From Heptranchias perlo (lineage: Eukaryota), in the NCBI RefSeq assembly GCF_035084215.1, contig NW_027139217.1, forward strand, positions 372,001 to 436,000: DNA of 64,000 nt, given 5' to 3'. This document shows positions 12,297-23,473 of the stretch, one piece after another. Each line of letters starts with the position of its first letter. Position 1 is the first letter of the stretch. Under the pieces are notes generated by a model. It ran no database searches, was not told where the DNA came from, and saw nothing but the letters and a program-made list of their open reading frames with translations. The translations under genes and the position numbers were made by a program.

Positions 12297-12800
12297 CTCC
12301 AATACCTAGCCTGGCACTGAGCCCCTCTCAGACCCCATTACCCACTGACCGAGGGTTAATGCCCCAATACCCAGCCTGGCACTGAGCCCCTCTCAGACCC
12401 CATTACCCACTGACCGAGGGTTAATGCCCCAATACCCAGCCTGGCACTGAGTCCCTCTCAGACCCCATTACTCACTGACCGAGGGTTAATGCCCCAATAC
12501 CCAGCCTGGCACTGAGCCCCTCTCAGACTCCATTACCCACTGACCGAGGGTTAATGCCCCAATACCCAGCCTGGCACTGAGCCCCTCTCAGACCCCATTA
12601 CCCACTGACCGAGGGTTAATGCCCCAATACCCAGCCTGGCACTGAGCCCCTCTCAGACCCCATTACCCACTGACCGAGGGTTAATGCCCCAATACCCAGC
12701 CTGGCACTGAGCCCCTCTCAGACCCCATTACCCACTGACCGAGGGTTAATGCCCCAATACCCAGCCTGGCACTGAGCCCCTCTCAGACCCCATTACTCAC
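12297..12800. repeat. 65-bp minisatellite, ~7.7 copies, starting at the exon 1 donor
   Basis: Unit AATACCCAGCCTGGCACTGAGCCCCTCTCAGACCCCATTACCCACTGACCGAGGGTTAATGCCCC. Confidence 0.95.
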
Positions 12801-12849
12801 CTGCAGAGACCCCTCCACACAGAACGACCAGAACTATCAGTCCAATCAT
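12801..12849 (-). CDS. MHC class I heavy chain exon 1 (signal peptide)
   Basis: Reads MIGLIVLVVLCGGVSA+G (hydrophobic leader), followed by donor CAG|GTGAGT; phase 1 joins the alpha1 exon as G-SHSLRY. Confidence 0.92.
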
Positions 12850-12886
12850 TGCTGCTTCCCTCGACAGGCTGGGATGAGCAGTTTGT

Positions 12887-12896
12887 GGGAAATCCT
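12887..12896 (+). promoter_or_regulatory. NF-kB-like site just upstream of the class I ATG
   Basis: GGGAAATCCT, 9/10 match to GGGRNWYYCC. Confidence 0.3.
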
Positions 12897-12909
12897 TTTC
12901 CAGGAGACG

Positions 12910-14230
12910 GTCTCCTCTGTCCCTGTGCTAACACTGTACCTCCTGGTCTCTCCCTCTCTCTGTCCCTGTGCTAACACTGTACCTCCTGGTCTCTCTCCCT
13001 CTCTCTGTCCCTGTGCTAACACTGTACCTCCTGGTCTCTCCCTCTCTCTGTCCCTGTGCTGACACTGTACCTCCTGGTCTCTCCCTCTCTCTGTCCCTGT
13101 GCTAACACTGTACCTCCTGGTCTCTCCCTCTCTCTGTCCCTGTGCTAACACTGTACCTCCTGGTCTCTCTCTCCCTCTGTCCCTGTGCTAACACTGTACC
13201 TCCTGGTCTCTCCCTCTCTCTGTCCCTGTGCTAACACTGTACCTCCTGGTCTCTCTCCCTCTCTCTGTCCCTGTGCTAACACTGTACCTCCTGGTCTCTC
13301 CCTCTCTCTGTCCCTGTGCTAACACTGTACCTCCTGGTCTCTCCCTCTCTCTGTCCCTGTGCTAACACTGTACCTCCTGGTCTCTCCCTCTCTCTGTCCC
13401 TGTGCTGACACTGTACCTCCTGGTCTCTCCCTCTCTCTGTCCCTGTGCTAACACTGTACCTCCTGGTCTCTCCCTCTCTCTGTCCCTGTGCTAACACTGT
13501 ACCTCCTGGTCTCTCCCTCTCTCTGTCCCTGTGCTAACACTGTACCTCCTGGTCTCTCCCTCTCTCTGTCCCTGTGCTAACACTGTACCTCCTGGTCTCT
13601 CTCTCCCTCTGTCCCTGTGCTAACACTGTACCTCCTGGTCTCTCCCTCTCTCTGTCCCTGTGCTAACACTGTACCTCCTGGTCTCTCTCCCTCTCTCTGT
13701 CCCTGTGCTAACACTGTACCTCCTGGTCTCTCCCTCTCTCTGTCCCTGTGCTAACACTGTACCTCCTGGTCTCTCCCTCTCTCTGTCCCTGTGCTAACAC
13801 TGTACCTCCTGGTCTCTCCCTCTCTCTGTCCCTGTGCTGACACTGTACCTCCTGGTCTCTCCCTCTCTCTGTCCCTGTGCTAACACTGTACCTCCTGGTC
13901 TCTCCCTCTCTCTGTCCCTGTGCTAACACTGTACCTCCTGGTCTCTCCCTCTCTCTGTCCCTGTGCTAACACTGTACCTCCTGGTCTCTCCCTCTCTCTG
14001 TCCCTGTGCTAACACTGTACCTCCTGGTCTCTCTCTCCCTCTGTCCCTGTGCTAACACTGTACCTCCTGGTCTCTCCCTCTCTCTGTCCCTGTGCTAACA
14101 CTGTACCTCCTGGTCTCTCTCCCTCTCTCTGTCCCTGTGCTAACACTGTACCTCCTGGTCTCTCCCTCTCTCTGTCCCTGTGCTAACACTGTACCTCCTG
14201 GTCTCTCTCCCTCTCTCTGTCCCTGTGCTG
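12910..14230. repeat. 43-45-bp minisatellite, ~30 copies, between promoter and ATG
   Basis: Unit TCCCTGTGCTAACACTGTACCTCCTGGTCTCTCCCTCTCTCTG. Confidence 0.97.
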
Positions 14231-14796
14231 ATTGTATTAAACCAGGAGATGTCCCTGGTCACTCAGTCACCTCCTCACTGATTGGATTAAACCAGTAGAT
14301 GTTCTTGTCACTCAGTCACCTCCTCACTGATTGGATTAAACCAGTAGATGTCCCTGGTCACTCAGACACCTCCTCACTGATTGGATTAAACCAGTAGATG
14401 TCCCTGGTCACTCAGTCACCTCCTCACTGATTGGATTAAACCAGTAGATGTCCCTGGTCACTCAGTCACCTCCTCACTGATTGGATTAAACCAGGAGATG
14501 TCCCTGGTCACTCAGTCACCTCCTCACTGATTGGATTAAACCAGTCGATGTCCCTGGTCACTCAGTCACCTCCTCACTGATTGGATTAAACCAGTAGATG
14601 TTCTGGTCACTCAGACACCTCCTCACTGATTGGATTAAACCATGATGTTCCACACCACCTGAGGAAGGGGGAAGCCTCCGAAAGCTTGTGGGATTAAAAA
14701 TAAAATTGTTGGACTATAACTTGGTGTTGTAAAATTGTTTGCATGTATTAAACCAGTCGATGTTCCTGGTCACTCAGTCACCTCCTGATTGATTGG
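14228..14796. repeat. 50-bp CCAAT-containing minisatellite, ~9 copies, interrupted at ~14641-14745
   Basis: Unit TTGGATTAAACCAGTAGATGTCCCTGGTCACTCAGTCACCTCCTCACTGA. Confidence 0.93.
14655..14691 (+). ncRNA. Minimal type I hammerhead ribozyme motif in a Penelope-like terminal fragment (~14652-14742)
   Basis: CCAC-CTGAGGA-A-GGGGG-AAG-CCTCC-GAAA-GCT-T-GTGG; the 3' flank matches the element at 27837-27932. Confidence 0.7.
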
Positions 14797-14919
14797 TTGG
14801 ACAGTCAGTTTGTGCCCAATCAGAATGAAAGCAGCCTGTGAATCAGCAAACTCGGGCCAGAGGAGTCCCAGAGAGTTTGTGTCGGTGTAAAAATAAACTG
14901 TCCAAATATCCTGAACCGT

Positions 14920-15008
14920 CCAATCAGAGAAATACTGCTCGGTACATGTTCAGTTGCCAGGGAGAATGAACTGAACAGGGTTTGATCATTAAACAAGGAA
15001 CTGAAAGT
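14920..15008 (-). promoter_or_regulatory. MHC-type ISRE + S-X-Y promoter module
   Basis: Minus strand: ACTTTCAGTTCC (ISRE/EICE-like, 14997-15008), AAACCCT (S-like, 14977-14983), CCCTGGCAAC (X1/RFX, 14953-14962), CTGATTGG (Y, 14920-14927). X1 start to Y end is 43 bp, the spacing I recall for HLA-DRA. Confidence 0.8.
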
Positions 15009-15035
15009 GGTTTGTTACAGAAAGTGACAGAGGGA

Positions 15036-15636
15036 AGAACATAGGAACAGGAGGAGGCCATTCAGCCCCTCGAGCCTGCTCCCCCATTCAATCAGATCAT
15101 GGCTGATCTGTACCTCATCTCCATTTTCCTGCTTTGCTTCGTGTCCCTTGATCCCGTTACCCAACAAAACTCTGATCAATCGCAGTCTTAAAAGCTCCAA
15201 TTGTCCCGACATCCACAGCCTTTTGGGGGAGAGAGTTCCAGATTTCCACTTCCCTTTGTGTGAAAATGGGATTCCTGATTTCCCTCCTGAATGACCTCAC
15301 TCTAATTTTAAGATGATGTCCCCTCGTTCTTGACTCCCCCACCAGAGGAAATAGTTTCTCCGTCTCACCCTATCGAATCCTGTGAACATTATAAACCCCT
15401 CAATCAGATCACCCCTCAACCTTCGATACTCAAGGGAATACAAGACAAGTTTCTCCACCCTCCCTTGAAACCCCGGGATCATTCTGGTGAATCTGCACTG
15501 CACCCCCTCCAAGGCCAATCTATCCTTCCTGAGGTGCGGTGCCCAGAACTGAACACAGTCTCCAGATGGGGTCTGACCAGGACTCTGTACAACTGAATCA
15601 TAACTTCCTCCCCTTTGTAATCCAGCCCCCTCGAGA
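15036..15636 (-). mobile_element. Older CR1 3' fragment (resumes at 17687-17708)
   Basis: RRLRGDLIE / FTQREVEIWNSLP; split by a younger CR1 with a 3-bp ATA duplication. Confidence 0.85.
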
Positions 15637-17686
15637 TAGAATCATAGAATCATAGAAGTTACAACATGGAAACAGGCCCTTCGGCCCAACATGTCCATGT
15701 CGCCCAGTTTATACCACTAAGCTAGTCCCAATTGCCTGCACTTGGCCCATATCCCTCGATACCCATCTTACCCATGTAACTGTCCAAATGCTTTTTAAAA
15801 GACAAAATTGTACCCGCCTCCACTACTGCCTCTGGCAGCTCGTTCCAGACACTCACCACCCTTTGAGTGAAAAAATTGCCCCTCTGGACCCTTTTGTATC
15901 TCTCCCCTCTCACCTTAAATCTGTGCCCCCTCGTTATAGACTCCCCTACCTTTGGGAAAAGATTTTGACTATCGACCTTATCTATGCCCCTCATTATTTT
16001 ATAGACTTCTATAAGATCACCCCTTAACCTCCTACTCTCCAGGGAAAAAAGTCCCAGTCTGTCTAACCTCTCCCTGTAAGTCAAACCATCAAGTCCCGGT
16101 AGCATCCTAGTAAATCTTTTCTGCACTCTTTCTAGTTTAATAATATCCTTTCTATAATAGGGTGACCAGAACTGGACACAGTACTCCAAGTGTGGCCTCA
16201 CCAATGCCCTGTACAACTTCAACAAGACATCCCAACTCCTGCATTCAATGTTCTGACCAATGAAACCAAGCATGCTGAATGCCTTCTTCACCACCCTATC
16301 CACCTGTGACTCCACTTTCAAGGAGCTATGAATCTGTACTCCCAGATCTCTTTGTTCTATAACTCTCCCCAACGCCCTACCATTAACGGAGTAGGTCCTG
16401 GCCCGATTCGATCTACCAAAATGCATCACCTCACATTTATCTAAATTAAACTCCATCTGCCATTCATCGGCCCACTGGCCCAATTTATCAAGATCCCGTT
16501 GCAATCCTAGATAACCTTCTTCACTGTCCACAATGCCACCAATCTTGGTGTCATCTGCAAACTTACTAACCATGCCTCCTAAATTCTCATCCAAATCATT
16601 AATATAAATAACAAATAACAGCGGACCCAGCACCGATCCCTGAGGCACACCGCTGGACACAGGCATCCAGTTTGAAAAACAACCCTCCACAACCACCCTC
16701 TGTCTTCTGTCGTCAATCCAATTTTGTATCCAATTGGCTACCTCACCTTGGATCCCATGAGATTTAACCTTATGTAACAACCTACCATGCGGTACCTTGT
16801 CAAATGCTTTGCTGAAGTCCATGTAGACCACGTCTACTGCACAGCCCTCATCTATCTTCTTGGTTACCCCTTCAAAAAACTCAATCAAATTCGTGAGACA
16901 TGATTTTCCTCTCACAAAACCATGCTGACTGTTCCTAATTAGTCCCTGCCTCTCCAAATGCCTGTAGATCCTGTCCCTCAGAATACCCTCTAACAACTTA
17001 CCCACTACAGATGTCAGGCTCACTGGTCTGTAGTTCCCAGGCTTTTCCCTGCCGCCCTTCTTAAACAAAGGCACAACATTTGCTCCCCTCCAATCTTCAG
17101 GCACCTCACCTGTAGCGGTGGATGATTCAAATATCTCTGCTGGGGGACCCGCAATTTCCTCCCTAACCTCCCATAACGTCCTGGGATACATTTCATCAGG
17201 TCCCGGAGATTTATCTACCTTGATGCGCGTTAAGACTTCCAGCACCTCCCTCTCTGTAATATGTACACTCCTCAAGACATCACTATTTATTTCCCCAAGT
17301 TCCCTAACATCCATGCCTTTCTCAACCGTAAATACCGATGTGAAATATTCATTCAGGATCTCACCCATCTCTTGTGGTTCCGCACATAGATGACCTTGTT
17401 GATCCTTAAGAGGCCCTACTCTCTCCCTAGTTACCCTTTTGCCCTTTATGTATTTGTCGAAGCTCTTTGGATTCACCTTTGCCTGATCTGCCAAAGCAAT
17501 CTCATATCCCCTTTTTGCCCTCCTGATTTCTCTCTTAACTCTACTCCGGCAATCTCTATACTCTTCAAGGGATCCACTTGATCCCAGCTGCCTATGCATG
17601 TCATATGCCTCCTTCTTATTTTTGACTAGTGCCTCAATCTCCCGAGTCATCCAAGGTTCCCTACTTCTACCAGCCTTGCCCTTCAC
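15637..17686 (-). mobile_element. Young 5'-truncated CR1 LINE with an uninterrupted 654-aa RT reading frame (15722-17686)
   Basis: KSPGPD, NYRPVSLTS, DFSKAFD, VPQGSVLGP, KFADDTK; (ATTCTATG)n 3' tail. Confidence 0.96.
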
Positions 17687-17708
17687 ATAAAGGCCAACAT
17701 TCCATTAG

Positions 17709-18551
17709 ACAGACTGGTGAAATGGGCAGACACACGGCAGATCAAATTTAACACAGAGAAGTGTGGAGTGATGTATTTTGGAAGGAAGAATGAGGAGAGG
17801 CAATAGAAAGTAAATGGTACAATTTTAAAGGGGGTGCAGGAACAGAGAGACCTGGGGGTGTATGTACACAAATCATTGAAAGTGGCAGTTGAGAAGGCTG
17901 TTAAAAAAGCACACGGGATCCTGGGCTTTATAAATAGAGGCATAGAGTACAAAAGCAAGGAAGTTATGCTAAACCTTTATAAACACTGGTTCGGCCTCAG
18001 CTGGAGTATTGTGTCCAATTCTGGGCACCGCACTTTCGGAAGGATGTGAAGGCCTGAGAGAGGGTGCAGAGGAGATTTACTAGAATGGTTCCAGGGATGA
18101 GGGACTTCAGTTATGTGGAGATACTGGAGAAGCTGGGATTGTTCTCCTTGGAGCAGAGAAGGTTAAGGGGAGATTTAATAGAGGTGTTCAAAATCATGAA
18201 GGGTTTTGATAGAGTAAATAAGGAGAAACTGTTTCCAGTGGCAGGAGGGTCAGTAACCAGAGGACACAGATTTAAGGTAATTGGCAAAAGAGCCAGAGGG
18301 GAGATGAGGAGAAATATTTTCGTGCAGCGAGTTGTTCTGATCTGGAATCCACTTCCTGAAAGGGCGGTGGGAGCAGATTCAATAATAACTTTCAAAAGGG
18401 AATTGGATAAATATTTGAAAGGGAAAACTTTGCAGGGCTATGGGGAAAAGGCAGAGGAGTGGGACTAATTGGGTAGCTCTTTCAAAGAGCCGGCACAGGC
18501 ATGATGGGCCGAATGGCCTTCTCCTGTGCTGTCCGATTCTATGATTCTATT
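17709..18551 (+). mobile_element. CR1 LINE 3' fragment
   Basis: RT C-terminal motifs with frameshifts; GATTCTATGATTCTAT tail. Confidence 0.92.
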
Positions 18552-18570
18552 GAGGGACACATTCACTGAA

Positions 18571-18659
18571 CTTTCACCTTTCAAATAAAATGTCCACTTT
18601 TCCTCACAGTGCTGAACCTCTCTGATTTGAATCTCTTCCTTTCCTGTTACTTTCGGTTC
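18571..18659 (-). promoter_or_regulatory. Two IRF/ISRE-like motifs in a non-repeat island
   Basis: Minus strand GAAAGGTGAAAG (18571-18582) and GAACCGAAAGT (18649-18659). Confidence 0.3.
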
Positions 18660-18855
18660 AATCTCCCATTTTTAATCAATATTTATTTTCTGCCACTTTT
18701 GCTCCCCTTCTCCTGTTGTGGCTTCAAACGTTGCACGAAAGCACCTGGAGCAAGGGGTCATGAGAGAGGGGAATCAGCAATCGGAACGGTCTCAGATTGC
18801 CCAGTACTGGGAGATGGGCCTGGAATCACTGCTCCATTTACTCTACACCTTCCTT

Positions 18856-20564
18856 GAGTCATAGAGTCATAGAGTTATACAGCACGGATAGAGGCCCTTC
18901 GGCCCATCGTGTCCGCGCCGGCCATCAAGCCCAGTCTAATCTAATCCCATATTCCAGCATTTGGTCCGTAGCCTTGTATGCTATGGCATTTCAAGTGCTC
19001 ATCCAAATGCTTCTTGAATGTTGTGAGGGTTCCTGCCTCCACAACCCTCTCAGGCAGTGAGTTCCAGACTCCAACCACCCTCTGGGTGAAAAAGTTCTTT
19101 CTCAAATCCCCTCTAAACCTCCCGCCTTTTACCTTGAATCTATGCCCCCTTGTTATAGAACCCTCAACGAAGGGAAAAAGCTCCTTAGTATCCATCCTAT
19201 CTGTGCCCCTCATAATTTTGTACACCTCAATCATGTCCCCCCTCAGCCTCCTCTGCTCCAAGGAAAACAAACCCAATCTTCCCAGTCTCTCTTCATAGCT
19301 GAAGCGCTCCAGCCCTGGTAACATCCTGGTGAATCTCCTCTGCACCCTCTCCAAAGCGATCACATCCTTCCTGTAGTGCGGCGACCAGAACTGCACACAG
19401 TACTCCAGCTGTGGCCTAACCAGTGTTTTATACAGCTCCATCATAACCTCCTTGCTCTTATATTCTATGCCTCGGCTAATAAAGGCAAGTATCCCATATG
19501 CCTTCTTTACCACCTTATCAACCTGTTCCGCCGCCTTCAGGGATCTGTGAACTTGCACACCAAGATCCCTCTGACCCTCTGTCTTGCCTAGGGTCTTCCC
19601 ATTCATTGTGTATTCCCTTGCCTTGTTAGTCCCTCCAAAGTGCATCACCTCGCACTTTTCCGGGTTAAATTCCATTTGCCACTGTTCCGCCCATCTGACC
19701 AACCCATCTATATCGTCCTGCAGACTGAGGCTATCCTCCTCGCTATTTACCACCCTACCAATTTTTGTATCATCAGCGAACTTACTGATCATACCTTTTA
19801 CATTCATATCCAAGTCGTTAATGTAGACCACAAACAGCAAGGGCCCCAGCACAGATCCCTGTGGTACCCCACTGGCCACAGGCTTCCAGTCATAAAAACA
19901 ACCTTCGACCATCACCCTCTGCCTTCTGCCACTAAGCCAGTTTTGTATCCAAAGTGCCAAGGCACCCTGGATTCCATGGGCTCGTACCTTCTTGACCAGT
20001 CTCCTGTGCGGGACTTTATCGAAGGCCTTACTGAAATCCATGTATACCACATCCACTGCGTTACCCTCATCCACACGCCTAGTCACCCCCTCAAAAAATT
20101 AAATCAAATTAGTCAGACATGATCTTCCCTTGACAAAGCCATGTTGACTATCCCTGATTAATCCTTGCTTCTCCAAGTGGAGACTAATTTTGTCCTTCAG
20201 AATTTTTTCCAATAATTTTCCTACCACCGATGTTCGGCTCACTGGCCTGTAGTTCCCCGGTTTTTCCCTACTCCCCTTCTTGAATAATGGTACTACATTA
20301 GCGGTTCTCCAGTCCTCTGGCACATCCCCTGTGGCCAGAGAGGTTCTGAAGGCAGAGGGCAGCAGAAGGCAGAGGGTGATGGTCGAAGGTTGTTTTTGTG
20401 ACTGGAAGCCTGTGGCCAGTGGGGTACCACAGGGATCTGTGCTGGGGCCCTTGCTGTTTGTGGTCTACATTAACGACTTGGATATGAATGTAAAAGGTAT
20501 GATCAGTAAGTTCGCTGATGATACAAAAATTGGTAGGGTGGTAAATAGCGAGGAGGATAGCCTC
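18856..20564 (-). mobile_element. 5'-truncated CR1 LINE with an inverted internal duplication at its 5' end
   Basis: RT ORFs 18941-20086 and 20099-20323; (ACTCTATG)n tail; 20362-20564 is the reverse complement of 19727-19929. Confidence 0.92.
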
Positions 20565-20604
20565 CTCTCTACAACTCTCAGCTTTGATGGATTTGTGCTG
20601 CACA

Positions 20605-21634
20605 TGAAGGGATTCGCAAAATTTCACATGTCCCCTCCCCGAAGATTTATTGGAGTTATTAAAGAAACCCTGGTGTGACTGTGTTTTAAAAAATCCAGGG
20701 TCTTTCAAAATGGCTGCGGTCAGACACATGTCCAAGGGCCTGCAGCATTCGAAATTGGATTCTCTGACAGCTTGGCAGGCTCCGTGTTTCAGACAGGTTT
20801 CTTTGAACAATGCAGATGCATTCACGCCCTGAGGCAAGCCATCAACGTTGCTGTCCTACACATCAAAATTCGAGCAGGAGTAATCCCAGGACTAAGGTGA
20901 CCCATTAAGGAACATTCGGAACAATGAAAAGCAGTTATGGAACAGATCAGTACAGGTACCAGCCGTTAATGGAAATGGGCCAAGATCGGGGCCCTATTGT
21001 CTTACGTTTTCAGCCCAAATCGGACAATGGAGCAAACTGATGAGGCGCGAAAATAACCTATTACTGGGAGGGTATAACTGGGGCGTCCCAGAACCTCTCT
21101 CTCTCTTTCTCTTCACCTCGGCCCGGCGTCCTGCTCGCCTGCTAGCAACCAAGAAGGAAGGCCGTCCAGTAAACATCGGAACCACGTGTCGAAGGCAGCA
21201 GCAGGGCACAGGGGCCAGGCCTTTTCATCTGTTTCACGGCGAGCATTATTTTTTTCTGGCCGTCACAAGACAACCTAGCTAGGTGTAAGGGTGGGAGTTA
21301 AAGGGGGATTGCTGAAATTGTGATTTTAGAATTTTCCCTCGATGTGTCCGTTTCTTTCACCCCGTTAAGTGTAAGACTGTATTGCATCCAAAGCGATTCC
21401 TTTTATCTTCTGTATAATACTGTTTACCTTGTAGTTTTAGTTTTCTTATTAATAAACATTGGTTTTCCTTGCACCAATCCACTGGTCTGTTTGTCTGTCC
21501 TTATTACCACTCGATAAGTCCTGAGCTCAGAATCAGGAAGGGGAAAGTGATTCGAAACCGCACAGCGGGCAGGGCAGCTCAGGAAAACATAACTGGCTGA
21601 CCTACAATAAGCCCCTGAAACAAAACCCCTTACA
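20605..21634 (+). repeat. 5' LTR
   Basis: TGAAGGGATTC...CCCCTTACA; TATAA ~21074 and AATAAA 21451; PBS follows. Confidence 0.8.
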
Positions 21635-21637
21635 GAA

Positions 21638-23473
21638 ATGGCGAGCCAGGCAGGAGGTCAGACGAAAGTGTGTAACAAGGCAGACAGTGGTGCGGAGGAG
21701 GAATCCGCAATGGAGGAAGGGTTGTCTGCCTATGTGTGCAGCAAGATAAATATCGCAAAAAAATGGGTGGGCGATATGTTAAAGGCTGAGCGTCCCATAG
21801 ATGCAGCCATCCAGTGGACAGCAAGTAAACAGTATAAGAAGGGTATCAAGAAGGCGGTCTGGCTCTTGTGTTTTAAAAAGCAGGTCTTGGTACTAGACCG
21901 TGCTGTAGCAGCGCGAGCAGTCAAGATTAAGCAGTTGACCCGAGAGCTGCAGGAAAAGACAGCAGCGGAAGAGAAAGGGGGAGCGGCGCTCCAGGCAATA
22001 AACCAAGAAAGGGCGCAGATGGCAAGGGACCACCAGGCAAAGGTAGAGCGCCTGGAATACCAGATCGCTGAGCTCAAAAGTAGCGCCAGAGGTAGAATGG
22101 AACACCTGGAATACCAGGTCAGAGAGGCGAGAGGCAGTGAGGTTAGGTTAATGGATAAGATCCACAGCCTCACGCAAGAACGAAAAGAGCAGGAGGAGAA
22201 AGTAGGCGAGGTAAAGGCAGCCTATAAGCTGGCCTACGCCCAGAGGTTTGAAGACGCAGATCATCGCCCCTGCAGGCAAGAACTAGAACGTTTGGGCATG
22301 GCCTTAGCGAGGGCGAAGGGCATGGTATGCCTCATTCGCCCAAAGGCGGGCCAGTCGGATTTTACCGGCAACCCAAGCAGGGAAGTCCCACAGGCAGCTC
22401 CCAGAACGACACTGGTTAGGGAACCAGAGGCTTCACGGCCACCACCCATAGCCCCGAGTTTTCAGGAGGTCTGGCAGCAAGGGTGGGTGGAGGATGAAGC
22501 ATTAGGGGAGACCCAGCAAGCCCTGGTAGATGGCCGATGGCGAGGACCTAGGGGCCATCCAGAACCAGTTTGTAGTGCCACATGGCACCCCACAGCTCAG
22601 GGCCATGGTTCGCCATATCCCTAAGCTTACAGTGAAGGGAGACCCCTCTCTACACTTCCGTGAGATAGAGCAGGCAGCGTGCGTTAATGACTGCGATGAA
22701 GCAGAACAAGCAAAAATGCTGCTGTTTTCTCTGGGGGGTGACCTCCTCCAAACCTTATCAGATGAGTGCAAAAGGAGGCAGAAAGATTATGAGGAGTTAA
22801 AGGGTGAGATATTGGAGGCCATGGGACTAAATGACGGGACTCCGTTCACCCGGGTGGGAAAAACGGTACAGCTCCCCGGGGAGTCCCCACAGGCGTTCAA
22901 AGACAGGCTGTGGCCAGTCTACCGGAGCGCATGCCGGGGAATGCCAGGGCAGGAATTCCTGAACAGAGATCAATCGGCCCACTGGCTCCGCTGTCTCATG
23001 GCAAACTGCCTGCCCCAAATTCGAACTTGAGCTGCGGCCTGGTTTTACCCCCGTAACCCCCAGACCACCGAGGAAACGGTGATCCGCCAGCTCACGATAG
23101 CATTTAAAAATATCAGGGGTATCAAGACGCCCCAACCCAAGGGGAAAGTCCACGAGGTTAAACCAGGGGCCCAGCATAAAAGGGAATGGCACCAGGAAGG
23201 GAATCGTCCCGCCCAGGCGAAGTTAAACTGCTCTGGGTGCGGGAAGGATGGCCACTGGCACAAAGATTGTAAAAACCCCTGGAAGGACACCAAGGGAAAG
23301 AATCCCACCGCCCCAGCCCAAAAGGCAGCGACGGGGGAGGCAGAGACAGGAATTGCCCCCGCCGCCATGGAGTCATTTTTTGAGGCCATGCGATCTTTTA
23401 TGGTCGGCCAGGGAAAAATAGCAGCCACTGTGTGGTAGCTCCCTCAGCCCCCCCTGCCGACGCCCCGCTATGA
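21638..23473 (+). pseudogene. gag: gag (coiled coil, capsid, CCHC knuckle, PSAP tail) with 2 frameshifts and 1 stop
   Basis: QLPGESPQAFKDRL capsid motif and CSGCGKDGHWHKDC; frameshifts at ~22531 and ~23431, stop at 23028-23030. Confidence 0.85.
21639..21656 (+). other. Primer binding site, tRNA-Arg(ACG)
   Basis: TGGCGAGCCAGGCAGGAG, 17/18 match to the complement of the vertebrate tRNA-Arg(ACG) 3' end as I recall it (TGGCGAGCCAGCCAGGAG). Confidence 0.85.

Noticed and set aside
12297-14796. CRISPR-like appearance of the regular arrays
   Set aside because: Head-to-tail repeats without unique spacers, no cas genes, eukaryotic context
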